Below are positions 1-13,260 of a stretch of DNA of 64,000 nucleotides, in pieces. The DNA lies in contig NC_045697.1 in NCBI RefSeq assembly GCF_009834535.1, positions 22,136,001 through 22,200,000 on the forward strand. The letters are read 5' to 3'. This DNA is from Camelus ferus. Taxonomy: Eukaryota. The notes below the pieces were generated by a model. The model saw only the letters and a program-made list of their open reading frames with translations, was not told the DNA's origin and did no database searches. Every line of letters starts with the position of its first letter. The first letter of the stretch is position 1. The position numbers and the translations under genes were made by a program.

Positions 1-2179
1 TTTATTTTATTAAAGGAAACTTAAATAATATTATATTTTGTCTGTTTTTATATACCTATAAGATTTGAGTTTCTTCAATGTGTCATCCTGAAAACCCTGG
101 GACATAATGGGAGGAAACAAATGTAGGTACAGTGAAATAATGACGAAATCCAGTCAACCACACAAGCTCACTTTATAATGGCCTCGCTGCCTATTCTTAG
201 TGCTGTTTCCCATAATTCCTTCTTTCTCAGAATAATCCTCTGCCTTCAACATTTCTTGTTCCTCCCGTTTTGCTGAGAATGATCAGATCATGTCTTCAAT
301 CTCCTCCCTTTAATTAGATCATTTATTTGCCTAAATAAAATCTTTGATTTTCACTCCCTATTGTTTATAATTCTCACACATGTTCCACTCACAATTTTTT
401 GGAACAGCTTTCTTAGAGACCTCTTTCTTGCACTACTTATTCAATTTTCAAGCACATTTTCATAGTTTAAAAAAAAAAAAACCTACGGGAAAGCTGACAC
501 TCTCCTTCAAGTTTTTCTGCTTTTTCTTATGTCGAGTAGACTAGGTTGCCTTTGTAGGACATAAAGTCATTCTTCACTCTAGAGAGAAAAATGGAAATCT
601 CAGATGTCTCAGGTCACTAGATGTCTTCATGTTCATACTTTTGCATCTCAGGATAGAACCATGATTGTACTGACTCTCCAGGGAAACGCTATGGACACTT
701 AGAGGACCAGCTGGTTTCCTGGAGCAGTTTGTTCTTTTTGACCTCTTTCCAAATGTTCTTTCAATTGTTGAGTTTATGCTTTTTCTCTATGCCTCTTCAT
801 CACCTCTGGAGAGATCTTACAAACTTCTAATATCCAGTCCAACCCTGAACACTGATTCATTGGGTTTAAGTGAAGGCCAGACATTGGCATTGTGTTGTCA
901 TAAGTTATTTGGCACATCTAAGTTTAGGAATCACCACTTAAACCACTCTACATCAGAGTATCAGTCATTAACAAAGTGACAGTTACATATATAGTACAGA
1001 CTCATTCAGTCTGTCACAGAGCTTTTAACACATTGCTCACATTTCCAGTGTAGTCAATATTATCCAGACTATATAAATAATATGAATCCTATATCATAAC
1101 TTCTGCCATATAACATATCTTCTCAACAGACCCAACCTGCTGATGCTGAGGAAAAGTGTATAAATGTTTATATATCTGCTTATCTGTCTGTCTATTATAT
1201 CAACCTATCTAAATCTACGTGTCTGATTTACTATTAGAATTAAAGCTTAATTCTTGCATTAATGGGTTCTCTTTCATAATTCAGAATTTTGTACTACTTT
1301 GTTTCACATTACCAACTTAAATAGTTTGCCACAAGAATTTTATGTATTCAAAATTATCAAAATAGAGTTTAAGAGATAGTAACGTAATGTTGAAATTTTA
1401 TGTAGAAGTCTAATGGAATATTTTCAAATGCAGATAAAAATGTTGGATGGGGTATTTTATGATCCATTGTGTGATATTCTTTATTTTAGATTTTTATTGT
1501 GAATCATTTTCCATTCATTTAGATATTGTTTTAAATGAAAAACCATTTTTTTGCTAAAAGGAAGTATTAATGACCTTAAGCATTTGCTAGTGTATATATA
1601 TATAGTTCTTAGTGTTTTAAAATTACATTTTCCTTCCAACATTAAATGTAACATGTAACCTACAATAATTTATGGAGATTTAAATAGTCACTGTCAAAAT
1701 AAAGCAGGGAATCAAGCAAATAAAATGCACTGATTTATAGTAGCTATTGTATAATACATTCTAGAAAAATAATTATTTTATTTTTGACATTCTTCATTGC
1801 AAACATAGCTGATTACCCGTCCCTGCTATTCTGTCATTACTTTTGGCAGAACCAGTATTTGAGCACAGATTCTGAGATTACCACCTTCATTCAAACATCA
1901 CCCTCTTTTCTATTTTTATGTCACACTGGAACATTATCTCTTAAAATTTCTTATTTCCACTTTATTAGTGTAATTTCTGTATTCATTTTGTACTTTCTTC
2001 TTGAATTAGCGGACTGAGTCTAAAATACTTGAGAAACATTACAATAGAATTAAGAATAGCCTTTGACCCTCCTTTCTCTTTATATATATTTTTTAATCCA
2101 TTGCTATGTCTTGAAGTGATAATATGTCTTTCTGACCTTCGCATTCTTTCCTAAATTCAACATTGTCATTAAAATGTTA

Positions 2180-2300
2180 TTGTTCAGCAGTATTCGCTGA
2201 GCATCTTCTGTATGCACAACAGTGGTTTTAGGAGCCTGTCAGTGGTCTCACTTCTGAGGTGAGACTGAACATAAAGTAATTCACAGGTAGTTAGCTGTCA
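2180..2300 (-). mobile_element. LINE-2 3' end relic
   Basis: ttgttcagcagtattcgctgagcatcttctgtatgc... resembles the reverse complement of the L2 tail; degenerate. Confidence 0.5.
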
Positions 2301-4096
2301 GTTGGGAGTGATAAATGGAAAAAAAAAAAAAGAAAATATGCACACATGAGATAAAGCATGGTAAATACAAACTGATTTCTATATTTATTAAGAAATAAGG
2401 TAAAATATTACAGTCATACTGCTGTAAATAAATATGAGAATTATTAGTGAAACAAGGATAATGTTTCTAGAAATTGTGTTACTAGTAAATATGGGCCCAT
2501 GGTGTGTATGCTGATGGTACTAGAAATATTTTGTAATTGCTTTAAAATACTGTAGTTCCAATTCAGCAAAACGTTGTAAAGAAGAGAATGTGATTCAAAT
2601 GTTTTCCTTTTCCAATAGAATTTAGCATTTCTAAAAGTTTGATTTTGAATGAAATGAAAAAGAAGATTTTATAAAGACTGCACACTCTAAATATGTACAT
2701 GGAGGGAGAGGTACTGGATTAGAAACTCAAACAATGGACAATATTCCTGATCAATCTTCTGTCTGAGACAAAATAAAGGGAAGAATTGTGGAAGCATGCA
2801 TTTGTCTTTAGTAAAGCCATTTTATAAATTTAGGGGAAGTGTGACCTTTCCTTTTAGCTTTCCCCTTAACAACCTATCATGTAGATAATCCTTAACATTT
2901 TAATTCTTAACATTAAAAAATTCCCAGTTATGATAAGTGATTTGTACTGCAAATATTCACGTTATAAAAGTACAGAAGGGTTCTTTACCTTTCTCACCAT
3001 TCTGGTAATATTAGTTTTATATTTTATATTAGAAAGAGCTAGTCTTAGTTATAGGTTTACAAATCTGTACATTTATGCCACTTTCAAATCATATAAGAGC
3101 TTAATGGAATCAACTATTGCCGAGAATAATCTCAGACAGATATTACGGAACCTTTTTATGTTGTTCTTTCCCAAATATTACGTGTATGTAGCCCTGTTAA
3201 TACATGACATTAATTTGTTCCCTTAATGAGCCTAAAGTATTTTTGCTTTATTTTGTAGTTATAATAATCTGTAAGTTCCATACATAGCAAGTATTGCATT
3301 CAGCCAAAGCTGTAACATAGTAGATTGTGAGGTTCAATTGGGTAAAGTTTTGCAGGACTTTTCAAATATGACTTAAAGACTGTACGTGATGTTACTTTTT
3401 TGGAATAAACTGAAAACAGTCATAGTAAGCACATAAAATTAAATTTTTAAACTTTATTTTCAATTCCCTAGTTAAGGAAACTTTTATCTATTATTTCATT
3501 ACTATCCTTACTTTTTCAAGGTCAATAGACAATATTTTTTTATATGGATGAAGTAAGAACTAAATTCTGATTTCCTAGCACTGCATCTAAATTCCTATTT
3601 CTCAGCTGTACCTTTAATAGTTTAAGTCAACTGCCAGAACACTCAGTTTTAAACCATATGCTGTATGGACAAAGAATTTAAAAATGAAGTCTTCTTACAA
3701 TGGATTAGTTCTATATTTATTGTTTTCCAAAATCCCTGACCCTTGTTTTTATAAGGAGTCTATTTGTGAAAAACGTATATGAAGTGAAGACTACAGAATA
3801 GAAAAATGTTGACTATGTGGAACTAACATATCAGATTTCAATGTGTGTTTTAGTGACATTGCTGTTTTCTTATCTGTTTCGAAAAAGGAATTTTCAGTTT
3901 TTCCATAAATAAAAATCTAAGCTCTAGACATTTCTTCAGATAATACTGAGTTAACCAAATAGATTTCAATATATACTAACCATTTTGTATTGAATTAGTT
4001 GTCAGTAGACCTTAATGTATGTAATTTATGTGTTTTTTAAATGAGATCATTGACAATCTTCTGTCTTAGTGACATTCAGACTCTTTTCTTTTACAG

Positions 4097-4289
4097 CCAT
4101 TTCGTAGAGTGACGTTTTCTGTTGTGAGTCAGCCTCAGGACCCACATCAGGGGTCACTGCAGAGTTGCTATGACAGCGGGCTGGAGGAGTCAGAAACACC
4201 AAGCAGTAAGAGTTCATCAGGGCCAAGACTGGGTGCCCTTCCACTCCCAGAGGACAACTATGAAAGGACCACGCCGGATGGCAGTGTTG
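4097..4289 (+). CDS. PCDH7: Protocadherin-7 same exon, short form using the upstream donor (193 nt; omits the 24 nt encoding the GEAEHMEN insert)
   Basis: Donor TTG|gtgagg at 4289/4290, same phase (1) as the donor at 4313. Matches recalled PCDH7 isoforms reading PDGSV-DSRP versus PDGSV-GEAEHMEN-DSRP. Confidence 0.85.
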
Positions 4290-4313
4290 GTGAGGCAGAG
4301 CATATGGAAAATG
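4097..4313 (+). CDS. PCDH7: Protocadherin-7 internal cytoplasmic-domain exon, long form (217 nt, phase 0 in / phase 1 out)
   Basis: Acceptor ctcttttcttttacag|CCA at 4096/4097. Translates PFRRVTFSVVSQPQDPHQGSLQSCYDSGLEESETPSSKSSSGPRLGALPLPEDNYERTTPDGSVGEAEHMEN(G), which I recognise as PCDH7 (RRVTF = CM3, DSGLEES region = CM1). Donor ATG|gtaggg at 4313/4314. Confidence 0.96.
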
Positions 4314-7300
4314 GTAGGGGCAAACACAACATCCACACACATAATCACGCTAGTGAGCCGTAGTAAGTAGACTCGCGAAGGTCAGTCTAAAACCAAGCTA
4401 AAATAGCTGACACTGAACCGATTCTCTTGGAAATAACAAACATTTGCTAAAGTACAGAAACACCAAATAAAGGAACGTAACTCTCTAGATGAAATTCACC
4501 AAACTCGCACCATCATTTTAAAACCACCTATCAGAAATAAACACATTTTCAAAGAAATCAGAGTAGTACCTATTATGAAAAAAAACCTAAATGAGTGCAG
4601 AGTATCTAAACAGTAGCCACTGAGAAAGGTCTCGTGTAATTGTTTTCTTTGATTCATTTTTGTCATGCAACTATTTCTTCAAATGCAATCGTCCAGTCTT
4701 AGTAAGAGACAATGACAATAAACACATATTCTCCGATCTTTCTTCTCCAAGGGATTTAAAGAAGCATTTTCAAACCTCTCCTTTCAAGTGCTAGCTGAAA
4801 TGGAGTCAAAGAAGGAGAACAGTATTATCTTACTCTCCAAAATATATCGTAAATGCTATTTGTACTCCTTTCTCATTTAATTGTAAGGTTTTTCTCATTT
4901 TTGTGCGAGGGAAAGGGAAGAAAGAAAACTAGAGTTCTCTCTGTTCCTGTCCTGTTGTGAGATGGTTCTCATAGTTCCAATTGACCTTACGTGCACTTTC
5001 CTTTAAGTTGTGCAGTTAGACTGCAAGCAGTACTCACAAAGCTTTTCACATTTGTTATTTTCCCAAAGACAATTAGATGGTTTTTTTTTTATTTCAGGTT
5101 ATAAATAAATGCCTGAGAATAGATCTGTGTCCAATAATGGAATGATAGAGTCTTACTAACTTTATTATTATTTCATATATAAAAAGAGATTTGGCTATAT
5201 GTAGGGGAAGGAAAGGAGTCACACACATTTTATCTCTAATGAAACCTTGAAACAAATCTATGTCTTTCACCATTCCATCCTCCAACTGAAACAAGACGTT
5301 TTAACTTTTTGTTGTATACCAGTTTCTTGAGTGATAATATGCAAATAGAGCATATTAATGCAGGAGAAAGTCTGATTTTTTTCTGGAAGTTTACCTGTGA
5401 ATATCAAAATCCAACATTAGAGAGTAATATATCATAAATGACCCCAAGTGCAATGATTGCTAAACTAAATCATGCTAAATAATTATTTTTCCACATTATC
5501 ATATCTTGGTGAGAAGATATGATATTGGGGTCTGATGATTGACACCCCTCTTGATTAATCATCCAGAGTTTAAATGGCATTTTGCCTTATGGCTGTAAAG
5601 GCATGCTTATCTGTGTGTATGGCAGTGTGTGTTTATGTGGATGGGAATTTGATATGGTTTTTAAAAGTTAACATTTTTTCGTATTTTTTAAATAAGTAAA
5701 AAATTTAGTATGAATTACAGTGCTGATAAATGTATATTTCAGGCAAATATGTTTGAAATGCTTTGCACAAAAGTAAAAGTTAAATTAAGAATACTGTAAT
5801 AATGTTTTGTATTCACACACACACATACCCACACCCACACACACATACACAAGCCCCTAGGAAGGCAGGATTAATTTACTTTAAGTGCTTTGCAATATCT
5901 GTGTTACCTTTTGATAATATCATATCACTTATTTGTATTTTAAAAAGTACTTGTATTGCTATTAATAAAGTACAAGTAAGTCTTTATTTTTTAGATATCA
6001 GCTATCATTGGCATTATAATCCCATTTTAATGTTATTTTCTTTTTTGAGTTTAAAAAGATTCAACGCCATTAAAATAAGAAATAATGAATAATAAGCACA
6101 ATGATATATGACAAACACATAGCAGTTACCTTTTAGGAAACATACATGTCATGGAAAACTTAACAGGTGAGCTTGTTAAGAGACTAGAAAGTTTACTGAG
6201 AAAACATTTCCCAAAGAAGACTTACAGTTTTTTTTTTTTTTATAACCATGCTTTCAGGCTTGTCAACAGCCAAGGAACATAATGTAACTGATTTTTTTCT
6301 GACTTTATGTGACTGACACTTGAAATTCAGAGTTTATATAACCAATTGTCATCCGCTAGCTGTGATTATGTTAGCCCTGATCTATAGGTAATGACAGAAG
6401 GAGACATGATTCACTTGGGTGATCCAAATGTAGCAGTTGACATTTGAGTAAGAGTTTTGTTGGGTTCAAGATTTCAGACTACTGTCTAACCGTAAAGTGC
6501 AATTGTGTTGCTTGAATTCTGGTAATTTCATCTTCAACATTAATGGATTATTCTGACATAAATAGAATTGGAATTGAAACCTGTCAAATTTTCATTTGTC
6601 ACATTTAATTGGAATCCAGGTAATCTGCAGTGTTTTGCTTGGTTAAGTTTTAATCAGGATTTGTATTGGATTTTCCCTGAAAATACCATTTTGGATGCTG
6701 TCCTGGTTCGTAATTATTACCTCAAATATTTTTCTTGAATTTTAACCTATGTGAAACAATGCAGTTATAACTAATTTTTTAGGATTAACTTTTGTTGTAA
6801 ACTTTAGAAGATAATTTCCAGTGCAATAGCTTTATAACATTCTAGTATGATGATGTGAACTGAGTATAAATTGGGACAGTGAATGATAAAAATAAATTGT
6901 TTATAATAATAATAAATCACTACAGATGCTATAATAAGGAAATAACTAAAACACAAGAAAACTTCAGTACATAGGCAGTGAAATGCACTTTGTTTTACAA
7001 AAGCTTTTATCTGCCTTCTATACTTCAGCGTAATAAAATTTTATAAAGAAGGCTTATGGGTTAATTCTCTTTATAACAAGTTTTATCCTATATTCCAGCT
7101 TATAGGAGTGCCAAATGATGAATGAGGTTTTATTTTCTTATTAGCTTAGGTAAAAGAATATAGTGTAAGGATAAATATAATTTTTTGAAGCCTGAATGTA
7201 GTAATCAAAGTGAGACCCAACATTTTGATAATTCCAAATTTGGGTTCTTACAGCCCATGGGTCTCTGGAAAGGCATAATGAAAATTATACTATTTAAAAA

Positions 7301-9444
7301 CATTTTAAGAAAACTCTAATGAATTATATACATTTATTAATGAAAAAGATCACTGATATATTTTTCTTTGGTTTAATTATTATCAATATTGTGATTATTT
7401 CATGTTGATCCTTTGATAAGATTGCGGAAAATGGTTATTTGTTATTTCATTAAAATACATTTAGTGGTATGAAATATTTGAAAATATAGAGTACATGGTA
7501 GAAAGTTGAGTGATGAAAAAATATTTGATAATGATAAAATAAGTGGATAATTCAAGTAAAAACCAAATTAAAGCTTAAAAGCAACAACACAGTAAGGGCA
7601 ACCATTGACTATGCAAAAGCTTGTCCTCTTAATTTTGCAGTAGTCTTCAAACTTTCTCTTGGAGTGGTGTTTATGAGTCTATTGTAAGTATTTGTTTTGA
7701 CCCCTGCCTCATGCCATCATCTACTTATTCTTCTCAAAGTCCCCCGAGTCATATTTGCAAGGCTAGTTTGTTTTTACTGTGTGTCACTTGATCATATGAT
7801 GTGTTTAGCAATTTCAATATAGAAAACACCCCACTTGACCTCTGATCCCAATTTTCATTTAGTATTGGGTAGGTCACTAACTCCTTCTGAGTCTGTTTCT
7901 AATCATCTGTAAGGTAATTAACTAAATTAAGTTTAAAATCATACCCAGATCCGATAAGCTGCAATTCTTTCCTTACACTCAGTTTTTTTTTTCTTTTTTA
8001 ATATATCTTATTCTCCTGAACAGAAAGAAACCTTTGGGTCTCTTAGTGAGATGGTGAGTGAATTTGATAATACGTAGTAATACAGGCAAAGCAGAAGTTG
8101 TGCCTTCTAAATGCATGCAGGTAATGCATGTATTACATAAGCCAAAGAACTGAATTGGGTCAAATGGTGTGATTTCCGGCCAGGTAGGTGGAAAGGTTGG
8201 CCCAAGAGCAGATCGGGATGGGAGACAGTTTTGGAGCCATCCCAGACTATACTATGCAAGAGGCATCTATAGGTCTGATCTGGCTCTGGGCACAGTGCCC
8301 TCAAAACCATTAATTATGATGAAATGATCTCACAACAGAATAAGTGCATTTACCGTCTTCCTTGATAGTGTAAACTTTGTTCACAGTGAGTGAACAAAAT
8401 GTGAACAAAATATGTATTTTCCTCTAGATGAACTTACAAATAGTATAACATAGAAATAAATTAAAATAAGAAAATAGCAGTTGATCCATAAGGTAGGTGG
8501 TTTTAAAAAGTTGAATAATCAGAAACTTAGCCATTCTAAATATCTAATAAATTTTATGCCTCTCGATTTTCTCTAATACTTAAAAGACAATTTTCAGTTA
8601 TATACTCTGATAGTTTCGAATTTCCCACTTCCAAACTTTCTTGCTTGTTTTATTTTTTTCTCCTCACTCTACTTGCTTTAGTGTTTAGAGCACATTGTTC
8701 TTGAAGGTTAAAACTTGGTGCAGTTTACCATGACTCCATTTTGTATCCATCATGGACTTTTTACCTTGCTTTCAGAAGTAAATGACAAGATATTTGAAAT
8801 AACATTTGGGTGAAGTATCAAATATATTACCAAAGGTCATGAGAATAGAGACTAAACTCATATCCTTGTGTGGGATAAAGGACTCTCTCTGTCTCTCTCC
8901 TTGTTTCTCACCTACCCTATTTTCAGCAATCGTTTGCAAGGTACTTTCATCTAGTTACTGTTGGTTTGTGCTGTTTTTATTTAGATTGAATTAAGTAGCA
9001 AGGCTGCTTCTTCCAACTTTCCAAAGATGCTCATATACTTGTTAATAGCATAAGCATAATGCCTCAAAACAAATACCCTGCACTTTTTTTCTATGGGAAG
9101 TGACTGATATACCTCGGAAAGGATTCATTTTTATGATTCTGCATTTCACCATGTCTAGTTGCTAGCGTCTGACCACATTTTCCACTTTTCTAGCCATCTA
9201 TGAAATGGCTCTGTACCTCCCAAGTATACACAAGTCAACATGTCCCCACTTCCAGAGGACCCTGTTTACTCCTACGTCTCCATAATGATTAGAGAGAGAA
9301 AGTGATTATAGAGATTATTTTTAACCAGAATCTCAGCCAATCAAGATGTATGCTACAGTAGCTTTCCGGCTTTCCAATAAAATGAGCAGCACAATCTACA
9401 AGAATCTAAAGATTTCCTACCAGAGAAGAGGCAAAGTTGTGGAT

Positions 9445-9625
9445 GGAATGTAGTGATTTAAAAAACAGACTTTGAAATCTAATGACATTGGGTTAAATCT
9501 TGGTTTCTCCTCTTACTAGCAGTATAACTTTCTGACCTCTCTCAGCCCCTCTTACTCCAATAACAAATAGGATTGTGAAAGAAACTAAGTGAGATAGTAG
9601 CACCTAATAATTTATAAATAAACAG
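9445..9625 (+). mobile_element. MIR SINE relic
   Basis: cagactttgaaatc...gggttaaatcttggtttctcctcttactagcagtataac...ctctctcagc follows the MIR consensus order. Confidence 0.65.
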
Positions 9626-12371
9626 TAAGAGTTCCAGTAGTTTTACTATATTGGTTGATGGTGAAATTATTCACTACTATTGTTTCAATAGCAATAATAA
9701 AATGATTGTGATTAATATTAACTTTAGGTAGCTTGGATATAACACAATGGTCAGTCATGATAGATAGCATCATCAAATGTTAGTTTCACAAAGGTAGCAT
9801 TCTAAAATTACTGCTAAGAATATTCTCACTTTGAATATTTCCCAGCCGATTTCTCATTTTTGTGGGATACCAAGGGGTGACACTCAGGAGCAGTGACATT
9901 TAAACATATCAAGGATCTAAAATGAGGGGAAAGAAAGAGTCTATCCTCTGACACCAAATCAACCCAACTCTTGTCATTCAAGGTGAGAAGAAGCCATTCT
10001 CTCCCTGAATTCTTTTCTTTCTTTTTAAATGTTTTTACATTTTATACCTACTTTTCCAGCTGAATGCATTATTCTTCAGGTTTATATTTCCCTTTAAACT
10101 GCTGCAAAAATACTCACATTGACAGGGAAAATGAGCTGAAAAAAAGTATCTAATTAGTATGCTTACCGAACTCTCAGCCCTTTCTTTTTTAATCTCAGTA
10201 TTAATAATTAACACTGATAAAACGTGTGGCCATATTACCCTTTTTATTCTAATTTGGTCCTTTAAAACTAGATCACTCCGCTGAACCCTTATGACATTTG
10301 AGGAGGGAATGAGCTCTCATCAAATCCCAAAGTGACTTTGGAGGTCAGTTAGTGGGTTGGTTGCCTCCAGACTCTCAAAGCATTTGCTTATCTGAATTTC
10401 TGCACACTTGCTAGATAATGACTTCTGTGTTTAGCTCCTTATTTAGTTAAGGCATTATTCCCATGTTTCTTGCATTCTTTTTTTGCTTTCAGATTGGATA
10501 TACTTCTGTTCTTCCTCCGATTCTTTTCTAGAGTTATGTATGAAAAACTCGATGTTGCTGAAATATGACAACACTCTAAAGCAACTTCTATGTGATTAAA
10601 GGAACTCTGGAACTTGGTTCTTAAAATGTAGTTAGCATGCAACCTCAGAGGTCAGTCCACTTATTGAGAAACTGTTTTATCTCAATATTTCTCTTCTAGG
10701 TTAAAACACTCACTGTTGTTACTTCTTCTATTGCAGGTTGTTTTTGTTTGTTTCTTTGGTTTGGTTTTTATTGTTGTTGTTGTTTTTGGTAAGAAAAGCC
10801 TTCTCTTCTTAAGTAAAGCAAAACAGAATAATGTCCTTCCCACCTCTAGTTTAGTGGCAAAGCTGTGGTTGTTCATTTTGATCCAACAACCATGTATTGA
10901 AAATACAATATGACCACGTCTTTCTTAGTAAGTTGAAGTGAATGAGAAAGAACTTCTGCCTTCATGTGGAGGTCCTTATGTTGGGGAGATACACCTTGAT
11001 TTCAAGTAACTCCACTATAATTTGAAAAGGAGAAAGCTCCTCAGAGAAGCTCAGGGTGGTATGAAGCACAGAGAATGGAGAGGAAAATTACACCGATGAA
11101 ACAATTATGAAAGTGCTTATTGAAATTTTTACATTTTATAAATAATATCTTAGGCCAGAAGAAGGGCTTGAAATGTTATCTGCATCATATCCTCTCTTTT
11201 TACCTTCCCATCTTCTACATAATTTAAAAGTAAGTATTATATTGGCCCAGAGGCTTCATGCTAAGCTAAATAAAGTTAAATTATTTGCTTTACTTTTCTA
11301 ATCAATGTATTGTTTCTTTGTTTGTTTTTGGTGCTGAACATAACTAGTTCCAAAACTCCAGAATTTATCATTGATCAAATTGTTAGTGTATGCTAAATCT
11401 AAGTCTGATCTACAGATTAATTTCATGTTTCTTTTCTCTCCCTATACATAAATATGAATAATTAGTAAAAATATGTGTGCTTTAAATCAGGCTTTTTAAA
11501 CTTAGTAAGAGCATGTAAATAATCTTTTGAAGTTATTATTATTTATTTCCAGAAGATCAATTGAATTACTCAAATTAAATAGATGATTAGGTTAGAGTAG
11601 ATTGGATTAGATTAGGCTTATTTTTTGAAAAACCAATTCATTCTTTGTGTTATGGTTGCATATAATTTTTGTAATTACTTTCAAGATTCAAGTTAAGTAT
11701 ATGGATATGTGTCTTTTTATCACATTCCCTTTCTATCTGGAACATAAACAATAGGTGGCTTTGTTTCTAAATCTTGTTTCTGATAAATTTGACTTAATTT
11801 ATGCAAGTAGACTTTTTAGCATCCATCTCATTATCTTGTATGCCTTCTCATTAATGTCCAGAAAATATAATTTTTTAATAAAATGAGAAAATATTTGAAA
11901 CACATGAAAACTTAAATGCCTCCTTTAAAACAGATTTTCAGCAAAAATATGATAATCACAAAAGAAACTAAGTTTTGATACTATCTATTGAAAAGAAATC
12001 TATGATGAGTGCTTTAAAATGTTTCGGTAATAAAAAGATAGAACAGCGGCCTGTTTAAAAATCGTCCACTCATTCATTTCTATTGCAAAATATATCGTCT
12101 GTGAGTATTTCTGCTCTGAAATTCTTACCATCTGCATTGGTGAGGTCATTGGGGGACCCACATATAAGCTGAGAATGGCATGCTTCTCTGAGGTTGCATT
12201 CCTGAGAGTCATAGTGCCCTATACTGAATTATGCACATTGTTTCTATTCAGTATGAGGTTGCATTTCACCAACCCAGCATTTGTAGCAAAAGGTCATCTC
12301 AGCCAGAGCTAAAATTTCATACAATGGACAGGGAATTTGGAGTATTATGAAAATTCATGGAGTTCCATGAT

Positions 12372-13260
12372 CATTTGTTGAGTGTTTACTCTATGCGAAT
12401 TCCCAGAAGGATTCAAAGGTAATGAGACATTCTCCCCTGCCTTCTAAATGTTAAATATTGTGATGGAGAATGACATGAACAGAGTTAGATGTTTAAAAGT
12501 AAAGATGTGAGAGGCTGTAGGTGAGGACACTAAATGTTATTAGAACCAAAGGAGGATATGAGTTGCCAGTATAAGAAACCATAGCCAAGCTTTGAAGGAT
12601 GGGTGAGTAGGGATTTGATGAGCAGAAATATGAATAAGTTTAAGAGGATAGTGAGTGATACCAAGGATACCAGCCTGAGATGCTGGGAAAGCAGTGGTAC
12701 TGTTTGCCAACCTGGGAAAAATGGAAAGAACAGTGCCTTTCCAGGAGAATGAACCTAATTAAGGCACGTGGGATTTAAGGTATCTTCGAAAAATTCAGGT
12801 GATATCTAACAGGCTATTGAAAATGTATCATCAGAAACTTGGGAGGAGACATAAATAGCAGAAATATAGCTATAAGAGTCATTGGCACCCTGTTGATTAT
12901 GGAATTTAGAGAATAGATGTGACCATCAATTAAACATATGACACCGGAGAAAAGCTCATACTCAACACAGAATCTGAAAACAAATCTTGAAATAAAAGAG
13001 AATGATGGAGAAGTAAGTTTCCGTGAAAGCGACTGAGAAGGACATTTAAAAATAAAAAGCAAAACCAAACAAAATATAGCAGGCTAAGGAGAAATTTAGA
13101 ATTAGGATTATGCACCTAGACTCCTACACATAGATGTTGAAAAAAATTGTTGAATATATTTATATGGCCTAGGAGCCCAACATTGCCGATGGAGATTCAA
13201 AGGAAGTGAGACACCTGAGGAAGTGGAAGGCCAGGAAAGGTAGTGTAAAAACACACTTGG
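12372..13260 (-). mobile_element. LINE-2 relic (~0.9 kb)
   Basis: Starts tcatttgttgagtgtttactctatgc (reverse complement of the L2 tail) and continues as purine-rich degenerate L2-like sequence. Confidence 0.6.

Noticed and set aside
4047..4340. 97-aa minus-strand ORF (and the 66-aa alternative-frame ORF 4170-4370)
   Set aside because: Shadow ORFs of the GC-richer PCDH7 exon; no independent similarity to known proteins.
4109..4363. ORF-track call starting at GTG 4109 as a stand-alone 84-aa gene
   Set aside because: It is an internal exon starting at the acceptor (4097); the GTG is the Val of RRVTF.
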